Origin: Hyalangium minutum
GTDB taxonomy: Bacteria > Myxococcota > Myxococcia > Myxococcales > Myxococcaceae
Assembly (NCBI RefSeq): GCF_000737315.1
Contig: NZ_JMCB01000004.1
Location: forward strand, 20,001 to 144,000
Length of the DNA stretch: 124,000 bases
Direction: 5' to 3'
Part shown: piece after piece, positions 72,648-82,844 of the stretch
Position numbering within the stretch: position 1 is the first letter of the stretch
Layout: each line of letters opens with the position of its first letter
Notes under the pieces: model-generated
The model's database searches: none
Seen by the model: the letters and a program-made list of their open reading frames with translations, nothing else
Told to the model about the DNA's origin: nothing
Translations under genes and position numbers: made by a program

Positions 72648-74432
72648 TCAGCGCCCGATCGCGAACGGCACCTGGATGGGGACTCTCGGGCGCAACGGAT
72701 CCGCGGGGAAGGTCACCTTGCTCATCTTCGCCTTCAAGCACTGAACCAGGCTGGGCGTGAGCGGCTTCGTGCCGGTGATCTCGATGTCGGAGAGCGAGCC
72801 TGAGGTCTCGACCTTGCTCACGATGGTCACCCGGGTGCCCAGGGGAATTCCCTCGGCATGCTCATCCACGCACTGCTTGAGCTTGCCAAGGTGAGGCGCC
72901 ATGGTCGCGTTGAGGTCCTCGGTCGTGAGTTGGCCCGGGACGCTCACCTTCTTAGAAGTGGGCTTCTTGGCCTTTCCCTTGGACGGAGACTTCGCAACCT
73001 CCGCAGGCTCCTCGGGAAGTGGCTTGGGTGGCTCGACCGCAGCCTGCGCGGCTTCGGGCGGATTGGCCACCGGTGGAGGGGGGGGCGTGGGAGCTGGCTG
73101 TGCGACCACAGGCTGCGCCACTGGCGGGGTCGTCACGATGCCCGGCGCTGGAGCCTCGGGCCGAGACCTCAAGTACCAAGCCGCTCCTCCTCCGAGGGCC
73201 AGCAGCAAGACCGCCGCGAAGGCTCCTACGGCTGCAGAGAGCCCGGTGCTCCGAGCAGGAGCCGTGCTCACCGGCGCAGGTGGGCTCACCAGGGCGGGCG
73301 CGCTGACGGGCGCCGTCACCACGGGGATGCCGTGGGGATCCGACGGCCGGATCAGTGTCTTTTCCAGCCCTACTAGATCCGTCTGCAGCGGGCGGCGGAC
73401 CTCTGGCTCGGCGGACGGCAGGATCGCCGCCAGCTCCGTGAGCGAGGGCACCTTCGTCTTCTGCTCGACGTGGGACGCGCCGAACAGGTTCTGCATGTAG
73501 TGCGCGAGCTGCGATGTACCCGGCACCGAAGGCGTCACCCGCAGGAACTCTTCCAGGTCCGCCCGCATCTCCGCAGCGCTCGCGTAGCGATCCTCGGGGC
73601 GGCGCTCCAGCGCCTTCATCACGATCCGATCCAGCGCTGGCGGCACGTCCGGACGCCGCTCGCTCGGTGGCGGAATGGGCTGCGCCATCAGCGCCAGCAG
73701 CACGCCGATCTCGTTGTCCTTCTCGAACACGCGGCGCACCGTGAGCAGCTCGTAGAAGGTGACGCCCAGCGAGAACAGATCGCTGCGGGCATCGATCTGC
73801 TCACCCCGGGCCTGCTCGGGGGACATGTAGCCCCACTTGCCCTTGAGCAGCCCCGGCTGCGTCTGCGTCATCCGCGACGAGGCCTTGGCGATGCCGAAGT
73901 CCAGCACCTTCACCATTCCCTGGAAGGTGACGAAGATGTTCGAGGGGGAGATGTCTCGGTGCACCAGCCCCAGCGGCTGGCCCTGCTCCTGGTAGCTGTG
74001 GGCGAACTCCAGACCCTCCAGCGCGGAGAGGATGATGCGAGCGGCGATGGCGATGGGCACGCCCTCACCCCGGGCGTGCGACGCGGTGATGACCGCGTCC
74101 AGGTCCTCGCCCGCCAGGTACTCCATGCAGATGTAGTAACGGTTGTCCGCCACCCCCAGATCCGAGATCTGCACGATGTTCGGGTGGTGCAGCCGCGCCG
74201 CCAGCCGCGCCTCGTCCAGGAACATGGAGACGAAGTCCCGCGACTGGGTGAAGTGATCCAGCATGCACTTGATCACCACGTCGCGCTCGAAGCCCTCGGC
74301 GCCCAGTTGCTTGGCGAGGAAGATCTCCGCCATGCCGCCCTCGGCGAGCTTGCGCAGCAGCACGTAGTTGCCGAAGCGGCGGGGCGTGGTGACCGGCCGT
74401 GTCAGGGGGATCACCGCGGGGGGGGAGCTCAT
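72648..74432 (-). CDS. Membrane Ser/Thr protein kinase
   Basis: VVIK, HRDISPSN, DFG and YMSPE; TM; C-terminal TonB-C/AgmX-like domain. Confidence 0.93.
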   Translation of the reverse strand: MSSPPAVIPLTRPVTTPRRFGNYVLLRKLAEGGMAEIFLAKQLGAEGFERDVVIKCMLDHFTQSRDFVSMFLDEARLAARLHHPNIVQISDLGVADNRYYICMEYLAGEDLDAVITASHARGEGVPIAIAARIILSALEGLEFAHSYQEQGQPLGLVHRDISPSNIFVTFQGMVKVLDFGIAKASSRMTQTQPGLLKGKWGYMSPEQARGEQIDARSDLFSLGVTFYELLTVRRVFEKDNEIGVLLALMAQPIPPPSERRPDVPPALDRIVMKALERRPEDRYASAAEMRADLEEFLRVTPSVPGTSQLAHYMQNLFGASHVEQKTKVPSLTELAAILPSAEPEVRRPLQTDLVGLEKTLIRPSDPHGIPVVTAPVSAPALVSPPAPVSTAPARSTGLSAAVGAFAAVLLLALGGGAAWYLRSRPEAPAPGIVTTPPVAQPVVAQPAPTPPPPPVANPPEAAQAAVEPPKPLPEEPAEVAKSPSKGKAKKPTSKKVSVPGQLTTEDLNATMAPHLGKLKQCVDEHAEGIPLGTRVTIVSKVETSGSLSDIEITGTKPLTPSLVQCLKAKMSKVTFPADPLRPRVPIQVPFAIGR

Positions 74433-76345
74433 TACCGGGGACTCCGAAGGGTACGGACCCAGTATGCCTCGCTTTGCCCCGAGACGAGACGGAACACCAG
74501 GGTATCCGCTGCGGGCACACGCTGGGAGAAGCGGCCCTTGGCGTCGAGTGCGACAGCCTGGCCGTTGAGGAAGAGCCGCGAGCCCACGGGCACCACGCCC
74601 TCCACCGGCACTTCGCCTTTGCCTCGCTTCTCTCCCGGGCGGGGGCGGCTGAGGGCCAAACCCCGGCGCTCATTGTCGTACACCAGCTCAAGCTTGTTCA
74701 TCCGGCCGCCTGCCAGCTCGTCTCCCCCCGGGCCGAGCGCCGCCACGTACCAGAGATAGCGCCCTTCGGAGAGCGAGCCCGGATCCAACGTGTACTGGGT
74801 CTTGTTCGTCACCCGCTGGAGGATCGGCGTCTTCATGTCCGAGGCTCGGTAAAGACGCAGTTGGTAGGAGCGGGCGCCCTCGCGCGGCGAGAACGTGAAG
74901 TGCAGCGCCGGAGCCGCGCTCTGGAAGAGGACGCGGGCGTTGAGGCCCGTCTCCATCACCTCGGCCTTGGGGCTCTCGGTGGTGAGTGAGGAGCGTCCGC
75001 GATCGGGCTCGAAGCGCGCCGAGCCCTGCGTGCGCACCGCCCCGTCCTCCCCCAGGAAGCGCCAGTGCAGCTCGCCTCGGGCCGGTGGTTCTACGCGCAC
75101 CCAGTCTGCTCCCACGCGCCCCACCAGCAGCGGCTTGCTGAACGAGGGATCCGGAGACACCTCCACCCGCAGGGGTCCTTTCGCGCCGGAAGGAACCTGG
75201 ATCCCCGCCCCAGGCGTCCCGTCCGAGAACACCCGCGTCTTGAGGTCCGCTGGCAGCACGAGCGCCGGGGCGGGCTCGCGCGAAGCCTGCGTCGCCGCCG
75301 CAGCCCGGTTCACCTTCTCTCCGGCTTGGACCACCGTGGACTTCCCATCGGCCAGCAGCTCGGCCTTGCCTGTGAGCACCTGCACGGTGGATCCAGCTTC
75401 GGGCGCGCTCACGGCGATGGTGCTCTGCTCGGAGACCTTGAGCTCCACCGGCCCCCGGCCATCGCTGAGCTTCAGCGTGTGCTTCCCCGCGCCGAACTGG
75501 AGCCGTGCCGAGCCCCGGCTGAGCTGCAGCGCGTAGGTCCGCTGCTCGCCCTCGCGCGACGCCTCCTGGAACGTCCCTGCCGAGTCTCCCGCGAGGTTCA
75601 CCTGCAAGTCGTTGGAGACCAGCCGGGCGCTGGACTTCGCGGGAATCTCGAACGCCGAGCCGGGACCCAGCTCCTGGGACTGCTCCGGGCCGAGTTCCGT
75701 GAAGGCGGACTCCTGCGCGCCCTTGACGCGGGCCTTGCCGTCCTGAGGCTCCAGCTTGAAGACGATCAGCTCCGCGCGCACCACTGGCACAGGGACCTGT
75801 TTCGGCTCGCGCACGTCGAACACGATCTCCTTGCCCACCACCATTGGCACCGACTGCCCATCCGTGTCGATGACGCGGATGTCGCCGAACTGGACCGTCA
75901 GCTTGGGCTGTGGGGCCCGGAGGTCGAACACGATGGTGGATGCGGTGACCATCTCCGCCCGGCCGAAGGAACCCGTGACGGTGAGCCCTCCGCCGCCCTC
76001 CTTGGGAGCGCTGGAGACGACGCGGCCCGCTTGGACTTCCACCGTGAGCGCCCCAGGGCCGCCGTTGATGCGGAAGCGGCTGTTCTCGCCCACGTCCAGC
76101 TCGGCGCCGTTGATGTACCGCACGCGCGCGGTGCTGCCCTGGCTCGTGACGATCGTCTCGCCGGGGTACAGGGGCTCGTTCGCCTGGGCGGGCCGAGCCG
76201 CCGCGTCCTGCTGCACCGTCACCTGTCCCTGCACCTGGGTGAGCGTCGCGATCTGCGGCGCAGAGGGCGGGGTGGGCTTCTTGTCACACCCCTCGCATCC
76301 CCAGAGGAGCAGGAGCAGCGGAAGCGTGAGGGAGAGGGCTCGCAA
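74432..76345 (-). CDS. Lipoprotein-like protein with tandem FecR domains plus FN3/Ig
   Basis: LLLLWGC leader; QVQGQV...LYPGETIVTSQGSTA FecR pattern repeated; YQLRLY...GRYLWYVAA. Confidence 0.75.
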   Translation of the reverse strand: MRALSLTLPLLLLLWGCEGCDKKPTPPSAPQIATLTQVQGQVTVQQDAAARPAQANEPLYPGETIVTSQGSTARVRYINGAELDVGENSRFRINGGPGALTVEVQAGRVVSSAPKEGGGGLTVTGSFGRAEMVTASTIVFDLRAPQPKLTVQFGDIRVIDTDGQSVPMVVGKEIVFDVREPKQVPVPVVRAELIVFKLEPQDGKARVKGAQESAFTELGPEQSQELGPGSAFEIPAKSSARLVSNDLQVNLAGDSAGTFQEASREGEQRTYALQLSRGSARLQFGAGKHTLKLSDGRGPVELKVSEQSTIAVSAPEAGSTVQVLTGKAELLADGKSTVVQAGEKVNRAAAATQASREPAPALVLPADLKTRVFSDGTPGAGIQVPSGAKGPLRVEVSPDPSFSKPLLVGRVGADWVRVEPPARGELHWRFLGEDGAVRTQGSARFEPDRGRSSLTTESPKAEVMETGLNARVLFQSAAPALHFTFSPREGARSYQLRLYRASDMKTPILQRVTNKTQYTLDPGSLSEGRYLWYVAALGPGGDELAGGRMNKLELVYDNERRGLALSRPRPGEKRGKGEVPVEGVVPVGSRLFLNGQAVALDAKGRFSQRVPAADTLVFRLVSGQSEAYWVRTLRSPR

Positions 76346-76348
76346 GGA

Positions 76349-77179
76349 TCAATTCTCCTGCGGTGACAGGTCCACGTAGAACAGCGCCTGGTCTCCAGCG
76401 CCCACGTCCACGGTCTTGGCCTGCGAGAGATAGCCAGGGGCCTCGAAGGTGACGCGGTAGCGTCCGGCCGGCAAGCGCAGCTCGAAGTCCCCCGAGGGCT
76501 TGGTGCGCGCCTTGAGCTTCGCCTCGGGGATGCGGAGGGTGGCCGAGACAGGACGCCCCAGCGTGGAGCGGACGCGCCCACGCATCCACGCGCGGATCTC
76601 CTCGCCCTTCTGCATGAGGACCTCGACCGACGTCTCCCCATGCGACGGGACGACCACCAGCTCTTCTTTGGGTCGCACGCCTCCGCCCGCAAGCTTCAGC
76701 GCGACGGGACCCGGCCCGGCCTCCGGCACCACGAAGAGGCCCGTCGAGTCGCTCTTGGCCACCACGCGCTCGCCGATCATCACCTCGACCTCTGGGACAG
76801 GGACCTTCGTGCCATCGCGGCCCTCCTCGCGCAGGACGCGGCCCTTCACCACTCCAGGGCCGGGGATGCGCTCGAGCGGCAGGAACACACTGGCCTGTCC
76901 ACCGGCGGGCAGCACCACCTGGCGCTCCACCTGCTGATAGCCCTCCGCCGAGGCGCGCACGGCCACGGGCCCGGAGGCCAGTCCGTCCATGCGGAACGCA
77001 CCGCTGGCGTCGGCCCTGGCGTCCTTGCCGCCCACCTGGACGCGCGGGCTCTTCAGCGGGAGCGAGGCCTGCGGACGCAGGGTGATCCACACCGTCCCTG
77101 TCTCCTCGGCCGCGGGAGGATCGGCCAGCGCCACGCTGCTCAGCAGCAGGAGCACTCCTATCGTCAGGCACCGGGTCAT
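76349..77179 (-). CDS. Secreted carboxypeptidase-regulatory-like (CarboxypepD_reg/PEGA) repeat protein
   Basis: Signal peptide; three units ending in AEGYQ / APGYL. Start moved to ATG 77179. Confidence 0.78.
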   Translation of the reverse strand: MTRCLTIGVLLLLSSVALADPPAAEETGTVWITLRPQASLPLKSPRVQVGGKDARADASGAFRMDGLASGPVAVRASAEGYQQVERQVVLPAGGQASVFLPLERIPGPGVVKGRVLREEGRDGTKVPVPEVEVMIGERVVAKSDSTGLFVVPEAGPGPVALKLAGGGVRPKEELVVVPSHGETSVEVLMQKGEEIRAWMRGRVRSTLGRPVSATLRIPEAKLKARTKPSGDFELRLPAGRYRVTFEAPGYLSQAKTVDVGAGDQALFYVDLSPQEN

Positions 77180-78624
77180 GGCGACGGGCCCCCGCCGAAC
77201 ACGAACTGGTACCCGGCCGCCAGGGTCAGGCCGCCCAGGTTCCCGCTCACGCTGTTGCGCCCAGGTGCATAGGTCCACTCGAGCTGGCCACAGAGGCGGC
77301 CAGGGCCCACGCTCCACGCGGCGCCGCCTCCCACGGACATGGCGGGCCCCACCGAGCGGAGCTCCTCCTTCACCGACTCGCTTCCCGGGAACTGAAACTC
77401 CACCGGGCCGCTCGCGGCCAGCAAGCCCACGGACGCGTCCGCGAAGAGCACCCCGCGCGTCAGGAACGGATGACTCCACCGCCCGCCCGCCCGGATGCCC
77501 AGGCCACCGAGGGTGAACGTCTTCGTCACGGTGTCGCCGCTGGAGGTGGTTCGCTCCTCGGTCACCTCTTTGTTCTTCTTGAGCTCCACCAGCACCAGCG
77601 CCTCCCACGGCCGCTGCGCCAGCCTCAGCGCTCCCTCCACCCGGAGGCCCGCGCCGTTCGCGCGCGCGGTGTTGCTCTGGCCGAACAAGAAGAAGCCTGC
77701 GGTGCGCTGCCACGGTGTCCACGGAGAGCCCGAGGCCAGAGGCCCTGTGCCGGCGCCACCCGGCTGACCGTTTCCGGTGCCAGGTCTCCCCGCCGAGGCC
77801 ACGGGCGCCGCCACCGGCTCGAGCGGCAGCGTGAAGGCGCGCTCCGTCTCCTCGATGGGCGCGGCGGAGATGTGCACCGGAGCGCCCGGCGCCGGGGCGG
77901 TATAGGGCAGCTCGAAGGTGCCGCCCTCCTTCGGCGAGATGGGGCCGAGCGTCCCGCGATCCACGGTGATGGCCAGAGGAGGGATGGCGGCGGCCGGGTT
78001 GCCGCTCTCGTCCACGACGAAGCCCTGCAGCGATACGGGCTTGCCCTGAACGGGCGGATCCAGCGCCACGAGCCGGATGCGGGCGAACGTCGGCTCGGGG
78101 AGGGCCACTGTCTGCGTGCGTGCGCGGCCCGAGCGCTCGGTGGCGGTCACCTCGGCGCTCGTTACCCCAGGCGGCACCTTCACCGGCACGGAGACCTCGC
78201 CGCTGGCCGAGGCCGTGACGGGCCCATAGGAGGCAGCCCCCACGAGGACCTTCACGCGCGAGCGCGGAGCCACGCGGACGCGCAGGAGGTGGTTGCCATG
78301 GACGGGCAGGGCGAGCCACGCCCCGGAGTTGCTGGCGCCGCGTTTCACGGTGGCATGGAACAGGGCCACCTGTGGGCCCTCCTGCCCGGCGGGCTGGTAG
78401 GTGGCGCGAAAGGTGCCGTCCTCGGCGGCGACAGGCTCGGTGACAGATCCTGCGTTGACGGTCAGGGACACCTGGACATCGCGCAGGGGCTTGCCCGTGT
78501 CATCGAGCGCACTGAGCTCGATCCGGGCACTGTCCCCGGAGGTGACGAAGGCCTTGTCGGAACGCAGCGCGACAGCCTGACTCGTGAGGGTCAGGACCAG
78601 GAGAGTGAGGGGCGCTGCTACCAT
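77176..78624 (-). CDS. Secreted Ig-like (invasin-type) protein with a C-terminal small beta-barrel
   Basis: Signal peptide, DGTFRATY, then amphipathic strands ending AGYQFVF. Confidence 0.7.
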   Translation of the reverse strand: MVAAPLTLLVLTLTSQAVALRSDKAFVTSGDSARIELSALDDTGKPLRDVQVSLTVNAGSVTEPVAAEDGTFRATYQPAGQEGPQVALFHATVKRGASNSGAWLALPVHGNHLLRVRVAPRSRVKVLVGAASYGPVTASASGEVSVPVKVPPGVTSAEVTATERSGRARTQTVALPEPTFARIRLVALDPPVQGKPVSLQGFVVDESGNPAAAIPPLAITVDRGTLGPISPKEGGTFELPYTAPAPGAPVHISAAPIEETERAFTLPLEPVAAPVASAGRPGTGNGQPGGAGTGPLASGSPWTPWQRTAGFFLFGQSNTARANGAGLRVEGALRLAQRPWEALVLVELKKNKEVTEERTTSSGDTVTKTFTLGGLGIRAGGRWSHPFLTRGVLFADASVGLLAASGPVEFQFPGSESVKEELRSVGPAMSVGGGAAWSVGPGRLCGQLEWTYAPGRNSVSGNLGGLTLAAGYQFVFGGGPSP

Positions 78625-80519
78625 GGTGCCTGGCGGTCAATCCTTTCGCGCTGCCGCAGTCTACGCGAACGCTCCCAGGGGCGCGACGCCGCGAGGAGGA
78701 GAACGAGCCAGCTCACGAGGTGGCCCGGCAGCGTGGCAGGCTGGCTGCCGCACCCGACGTTCACGTCCCTGTCTCCCACGTGGAGGGTGACGCTCTTCTC
78801 CGGAGTGAGCGGGATGCCATTCTCCCGCGTGTACAAGGCCGTGAGACGCATGGACTGGTCCTGCTGCGCCGAGGCCTGGGCGGTGATGCGCACCGTCAGC
78901 GTCTTGCCCGGCTCCAGCGGGAGCTCGGCGGCGTTGTCCTGGAGGGTGAGGGGCGTTCCATCCACCTCGGCTTTGACCTTCGTGAGGCCCTCGGTGGACA
79001 GGTCCAGCACGCCCTGGGGGACGGGCTCCGAGCTCTTGTTCTCGAGCTTCACCTCGAACTCCACCTGGGCGCCCGGCTTCGCCAGCGCGCTGTCCTCCTT
79101 GGAGCGGAGGGAGAGTTCCACGAGGGGATCGCTGCACTTCGGTTGGATGTGCAGCTCGAAGAGCTCACCGAGGATGGGGGTGCCGTCAAAGGCAGGCCGG
79201 ACGACCAGCCGCTGCGAGAGGTCAGCGGGGCAGCCCGCCAGCGCCACCGAGGCCTTCCACACGCCGGGGGACGGCTGGGAGACGGGGCCGACGAACAGCG
79301 GCTGGTCGGCGGTGAAGCTGAACAGCTTCTCCGAGGGCGCCAGCGGCTGGTTGCACGTGTCCTTCAGCTCGAATTGGAGGAGCAGTTGATCGATGTAGGA
79401 GGTGAGCGTGGGCTCCGGGTAGAGCTTCCCCACGTACGAGAGGCTCGAGTGCTGCGGGCTCGGCAGCCGCTTCCAGGTGATGGTGAGATCGCCTACAGGC
79501 TCCCCCTCGTGGAGGACGAAGGGAACGTCCACGTCGTCGGTGCTGATCCACGTCACGGACTGGGCGCTGCCTTGCAGGATCCGGACAGCGCAGTCCGAGT
79601 CGCGGGTGTCTCCTGCCTGGGTGGGGACGAGGCTCACCGCGCTGCCGACGGGCCGGCACAGTCTCACGGTGGCTGGCTCCGGGGAGGGCTGGCCCTGGTC
79701 ATTCACCACCTGCAGGGTGAACGTCGTCGATTCGCACGTCCCCACGAGCTTGCGCGTGGGCACCACCGAGACCTTGGGGTACAGCACCGGGAGGGTGGAG
79801 CTCTGCGCGTTGAGGTTCGCTTGCGCGACATCCTGGATCGTCAGCTGGTAGTTGCCCGGCGCCGGGAACGTGAGGGTGAAGGTCCTCTCTCCGTTGTCCC
79901 GCAGGGGCTCGAAGTTGCTCTCCAGCGGCAGCTCGGGGATGGAGAGGTTGGAGGAGAGGATAAACCGGCCCGCGTACCCGACGGCCTTGTTGTTGAACTC
80001 GTCGTAGGCCTTCACCTTCACCTGGGCGGTGTTCCCGGGGCGCAGCGTGGTGGGCACGGCCGTGAACTCCAGGCGGGCCGTGTAGCCAATCACCACCGAG
80101 ATGGGCCGGGACGCGCCCGGATTGAGGCCCAGCACCCCGTCGGTCGCGATGAGCATCACGCGTCCCAGAGTCGAGGCCTTGTAGTACACCCTCTTTCCGA
80201 TGGAGCCGAAGGGGATGAGGGTCTCGGTGATCGGGGCTTGGAGGCACCCCGGCAGATCGTGGAAGGTGCCCAAGGGCTGGTTTTGACCCAGCGAGACGTT
80301 GACGGCGTACCCCAGGTTGACCCCCATGCCCGCCAAGGTCTGCGTCTGCACGGTGACAGCGATGCACTCGTTCTGCTTGATCTCCAGCGGTGGGCCGTCG
80401 AAGCCCAGCTTCCAATCGGAGAGCGGCAGAAGCTGCGGCGAGGGCGTGGCCGCCACCAGCAGGGGCGCGAGCAGCAGCAGGGTGCGCATGCGGAGCCAGC
80501 GGCTCTGGGGGTGGTTCAT
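78618..80519 (-). CDS. Surface protein with Ig/DUF11-like domains and a MYXO-CTERM-like tail
   Basis: Signal peptide; PGAQVEFEVKLEN; VGCGS..hydrophobic..RRLR. An alternative start is ATG 80489. Confidence 0.72.
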   Translation of the reverse strand: MNHPQSRWLRMRTLLLLAPLLVAATPSPQLLPLSDWKLGFDGPPLEIKQNECIAVTVQTQTLAGMGVNLGYAVNVSLGQNQPLGTFHDLPGCLQAPITETLIPFGSIGKRVYYKASTLGRVMLIATDGVLGLNPGASRPISVVIGYTARLEFTAVPTTLRPGNTAQVKVKAYDEFNNKAVGYAGRFILSSNLSIPELPLESNFEPLRDNGERTFTLTFPAPGNYQLTIQDVAQANLNAQSSTLPVLYPKVSVVPTRKLVGTCESTTFTLQVVNDQGQPSPEPATVRLCRPVGSAVSLVPTQAGDTRDSDCAVRILQGSAQSVTWISTDDVDVPFVLHEGEPVGDLTITWKRLPSPQHSSLSYVGKLYPEPTLTSYIDQLLLQFELKDTCNQPLAPSEKLFSFTADQPLFVGPVSQPSPGVWKASVALAGCPADLSQRLVVRPAFDGTPILGELFELHIQPKCSDPLVELSLRSKEDSALAKPGAQVEFEVKLENKSSEPVPQGVLDLSTEGLTKVKAEVDGTPLTLQDNAAELPLEPGKTLTVRITAQASAQQDQSMRLTALYTRENGIPLTPEKSVTLHVGDRDVNVGCGSQPATLPGHLVSWLVLLLAASRPWERSRRLRQRERIDRQAPW

Positions 80520-80644
80520 CGTCCCCCGATATTAGAGATGCGTGCACAATTGTTGCAATAATGCGCTGTGGGTGTGGGCGCGGGAGGCCTCGCTCGGTGC
80601 TGGCCGTGGAGGGCCGCAGGGCTTATTGAGACAGGGAGATCCCC

Positions 80645-80848
80645 ATGCCGTCCCCTCAATGTCCCATCTGCCAGAAGCCCGTGGCTCCGCGCGCGGAGAA
80701 CCCTTCCTATCCGTTCTGCTCCCGGAGGTGCCGGGCGGTGGACCTGGGCCGCTGGCTGGGCGAGGAGTACCGCATGCCCGAGCAGCGGGGGGACGAGCGG
80801 GAGGATGAGCTGCCGCCCGACCACCCCGAGCGGGGGAGCGACGCGTGA
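80645..80848 (+). CDS. yacG: DNA gyrase inhibitor YacG
   Basis: CPIC...PFCSRRC..VDLGRW. Confidence 0.92.
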   Translation: MPSPQCPICQKPVAPRAENPSYPFCSRRCRAVDLGRWLGEEYRMPEQRGDEREDELPPDHPERGSDA

Positions 80849-81576
80849 GCGGGTGGGTGGATCTGCACTGCCACCTGCTGCCGGGCGTGGATGACGGGGC
80901 GAGGACGTTCGAGGACAGCCTGGAGATGGCGCGGGCGCTGGTGGACCTGGGCTTCTCCACGGTGGCCCCGAGTCCCCACGCGCGGCCCGAGTACGCACCG
81001 GCCGAGCTCGTGGACCAGCGGCGCTCCGAGCTGCGCGCGGCCCTGGCGCGCGAGGGGATTCCGCTGACGCTCGGGCGCAACGCGGAGAACGTGCTGGACG
81101 AGGCCTTCCTTCGGAGCCTGGGCACTCCGGCGGCGCGCATGCTGGGAGAGGGCCGGTACGTGCTGGTGGAGCTGCCGTACACCACGCCCGTGCCAGCGCT
81201 GCTGGACATCCTCTTCCGCATCCGGACCCAGGGGGTGACGCCTGTGCTTGCCCACCCGGAGCGCTGCCTGGAGTTCGAGCGCAAGGGCCGCGCGGCGGAG
81301 GCGGTGCGGTGCGGCGCGCTGCTGCAGCTGGACGTGGGGGCGCTCACCGGGCGCTACGGGGGGACGGCGAAGAAGCTGGCGCGCGAGTTCCTGGAGCAGG
81401 GGCTGTACGGGCTGGGCGCCACGGACCTGCACTCGCCCGTGGGGGCGAGGGATTGGCTGGGCCGGGCGTTCACGGAGCTGCGCGCGAGGGCAGGGGAGCA
81501 GGCCTTCGGCCGCCTCATGAGGGACCACCCTGCACGTCTGCTGGCCGGTGAAGCCCTGGAGTCCGAGGGGGAGTGA
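80845..81576 (+). CDS. PHP-family protein-tyrosine phosphatase (YwqE/CpsB-like)
   Basis: DLHCHLLPGVDDGA, AHPER and TDLHS. Confidence 0.92.
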   Translation: MSGWVDLHCHLLPGVDDGARTFEDSLEMARALVDLGFSTVAPSPHARPEYAPAELVDQRRSELRAALAREGIPLTLGRNAENVLDEAFLRSLGTPAARMLGEGRYVLVELPYTTPVPALLDILFRIRTQGVTPVLAHPERCLEFERKGRAAEAVRCGALLQLDVGALTGRYGGTAKKLAREFLEQGLYGLGATDLHSPVGARDWLGRAFTELRARAGEQAFGRLMRDHPARLLAGEALESEGE

Positions 81577-82655
81577 CGGTATACCCGCCCGCTGTGAAGC
81601 GTGCTCTGAAGCTCGTGGCCAGTGTGCTGGTCACCCTGCTGTTTACCTGGTGGGCGTTCCGGGAGACCGACTGGAGGGCCCAGTGGGCCAGCCTGCGCTC
81701 GGCCAACTATCTCTACGTGGTGCCGTACTTCGGCATCCTCACGTTGATCCACATCTGCCGCACGGTGCGGTGGGGGTGCCTGCTGTCGGGCATCCAGAAG
81801 GTGCCGTTCCGGCCGCTCAACGAGGCCTCGGGCATCGGCTTCATGATGTTGCTCGTGCTGCCGTTCCGCCTGGGCGAGTTCGCCCGGCCCTTCCTCATCG
81901 CCCAGCGCAGCTCCATCCGCCGCAGCGCGGCGATGACATCCGTGGTGCTGGAGCGCATCACGGACGGGCTCCTGGTGGCCACGCTGCTGCGCGTGCTGCT
82001 CTTCTTCATCCCCGAGGAGACGGCGCAGGTGCGCTACGTGAAGCTGGGCTCCACGCTGATGTTCGCCGTGTTCGGCGGTGGGCTGGCGTTCCTGCTCTTC
82101 GCACGTTGGCAGCATGACCGCGCGGTGCACCTGGTGCGCATCACGGTGGGGCGGGTGTCGCCAGGACTGGCCCACAAGATGGCGGACGTCGTCGACGGCT
82201 TCGTGGGGGCGATGCGCCAGCTTCCGGGGCCGGGGCAGCTCGCGCTCTTCTTCGCCCTTACCCTGACGTACTGGGGGCTGAACGGCGCGGGCATGGCGCT
82301 GGTGGCGCGGGCCTTCGGCTGCGTGGGCGTCACCGACGCCGCGTGCCAGCCCATGAGCCTGACGCTCTTCCAGGGCTACGTGGTGATGACGGTGCTGGTG
82401 GTGGGGCTGATGATCCCGGCGGCGCCCGGGATGATGGGCACCTTCCAGGCGGCGACCAAGGTGGGCCTCGGCCTCTTCTTGCCCGCCACGGTGGTGAACG
82501 CGAGCGGGCTGGCCTACGCGAACGTGGTGTGGCTGTGCCAGACGGTGCAGCAGGTGGGCTTCGGCCTGCTCCTGCTGTCCCTGGGGCACCTGTCCTTCAA
82601 GGACATCGCCAACAAGCTGGACAAGGAAGGCGAGGCCTCGGCGCCCATGGCGTGA
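81573..82655 (+). CDS. Lysylphosphatidylglycerol synthase TM / flippase-like protein (UPF0104)
   Basis: RWG.LL, LPFRLGE..RP, ERITD and IPAAPG..GTF. Confidence 0.85.
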   Translation: MTVYPPAVKRALKLVASVLVTLLFTWWAFRETDWRAQWASLRSANYLYVVPYFGILTLIHICRTVRWGCLLSGIQKVPFRPLNEASGIGFMMLLVLPFRLGEFARPFLIAQRSSIRRSAAMTSVVLERITDGLLVATLLRVLLFFIPEETAQVRYVKLGSTLMFAVFGGGLAFLLFARWQHDRAVHLVRITVGRVSPGLAHKMADVVDGFVGAMRQLPGPGQLALFFALTLTYWGLNGAGMALVARAFGCVGVTDAACQPMSLTLFQGYVVMTVLVVGLMIPAAPGMMGTFQAATKVGLGLFLPATVVNASGLAYANVVWLCQTVQQVGFGLLLLSLGHLSFKDIANKLDKEGEASAPMA

Positions 82656-82679
82656 GGCCCGCCGCTTCCGGGCTCGGGA

Positions 82680-82844
82680 CTACAGCTCCTCGTTGAGCCA
82701 GCGGATGATGGCGCCCTTGATGGAGGAGGCGGCCTCCTTGCGTGGCGCGGGCTGCGAGGGACGCGTGTTCTGCAGCTCCCGGAGGAAATCCACGGGCAGC
82801 GCGTCGCGGATGTGGCGCGTGTCCTGCACGGTGGCCGTCGTCAC
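82680..82844 (-). CDS. Small hypothetical protein (54 aa), absent from the ORF track
   Basis: The GTG start overlaps the stop of the upstream RHH gene (GTGA). Sequence: MTTATVQDTRHIRDALPVDFLRELQ...IKGAIIRWLNEEL. Confidence 0.55.
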   Translation of the reverse strand: MTTATVQDTRHIRDALPVDFLRELQNTRPSQPAPRKEAASSIKGAIIRWLNEEL

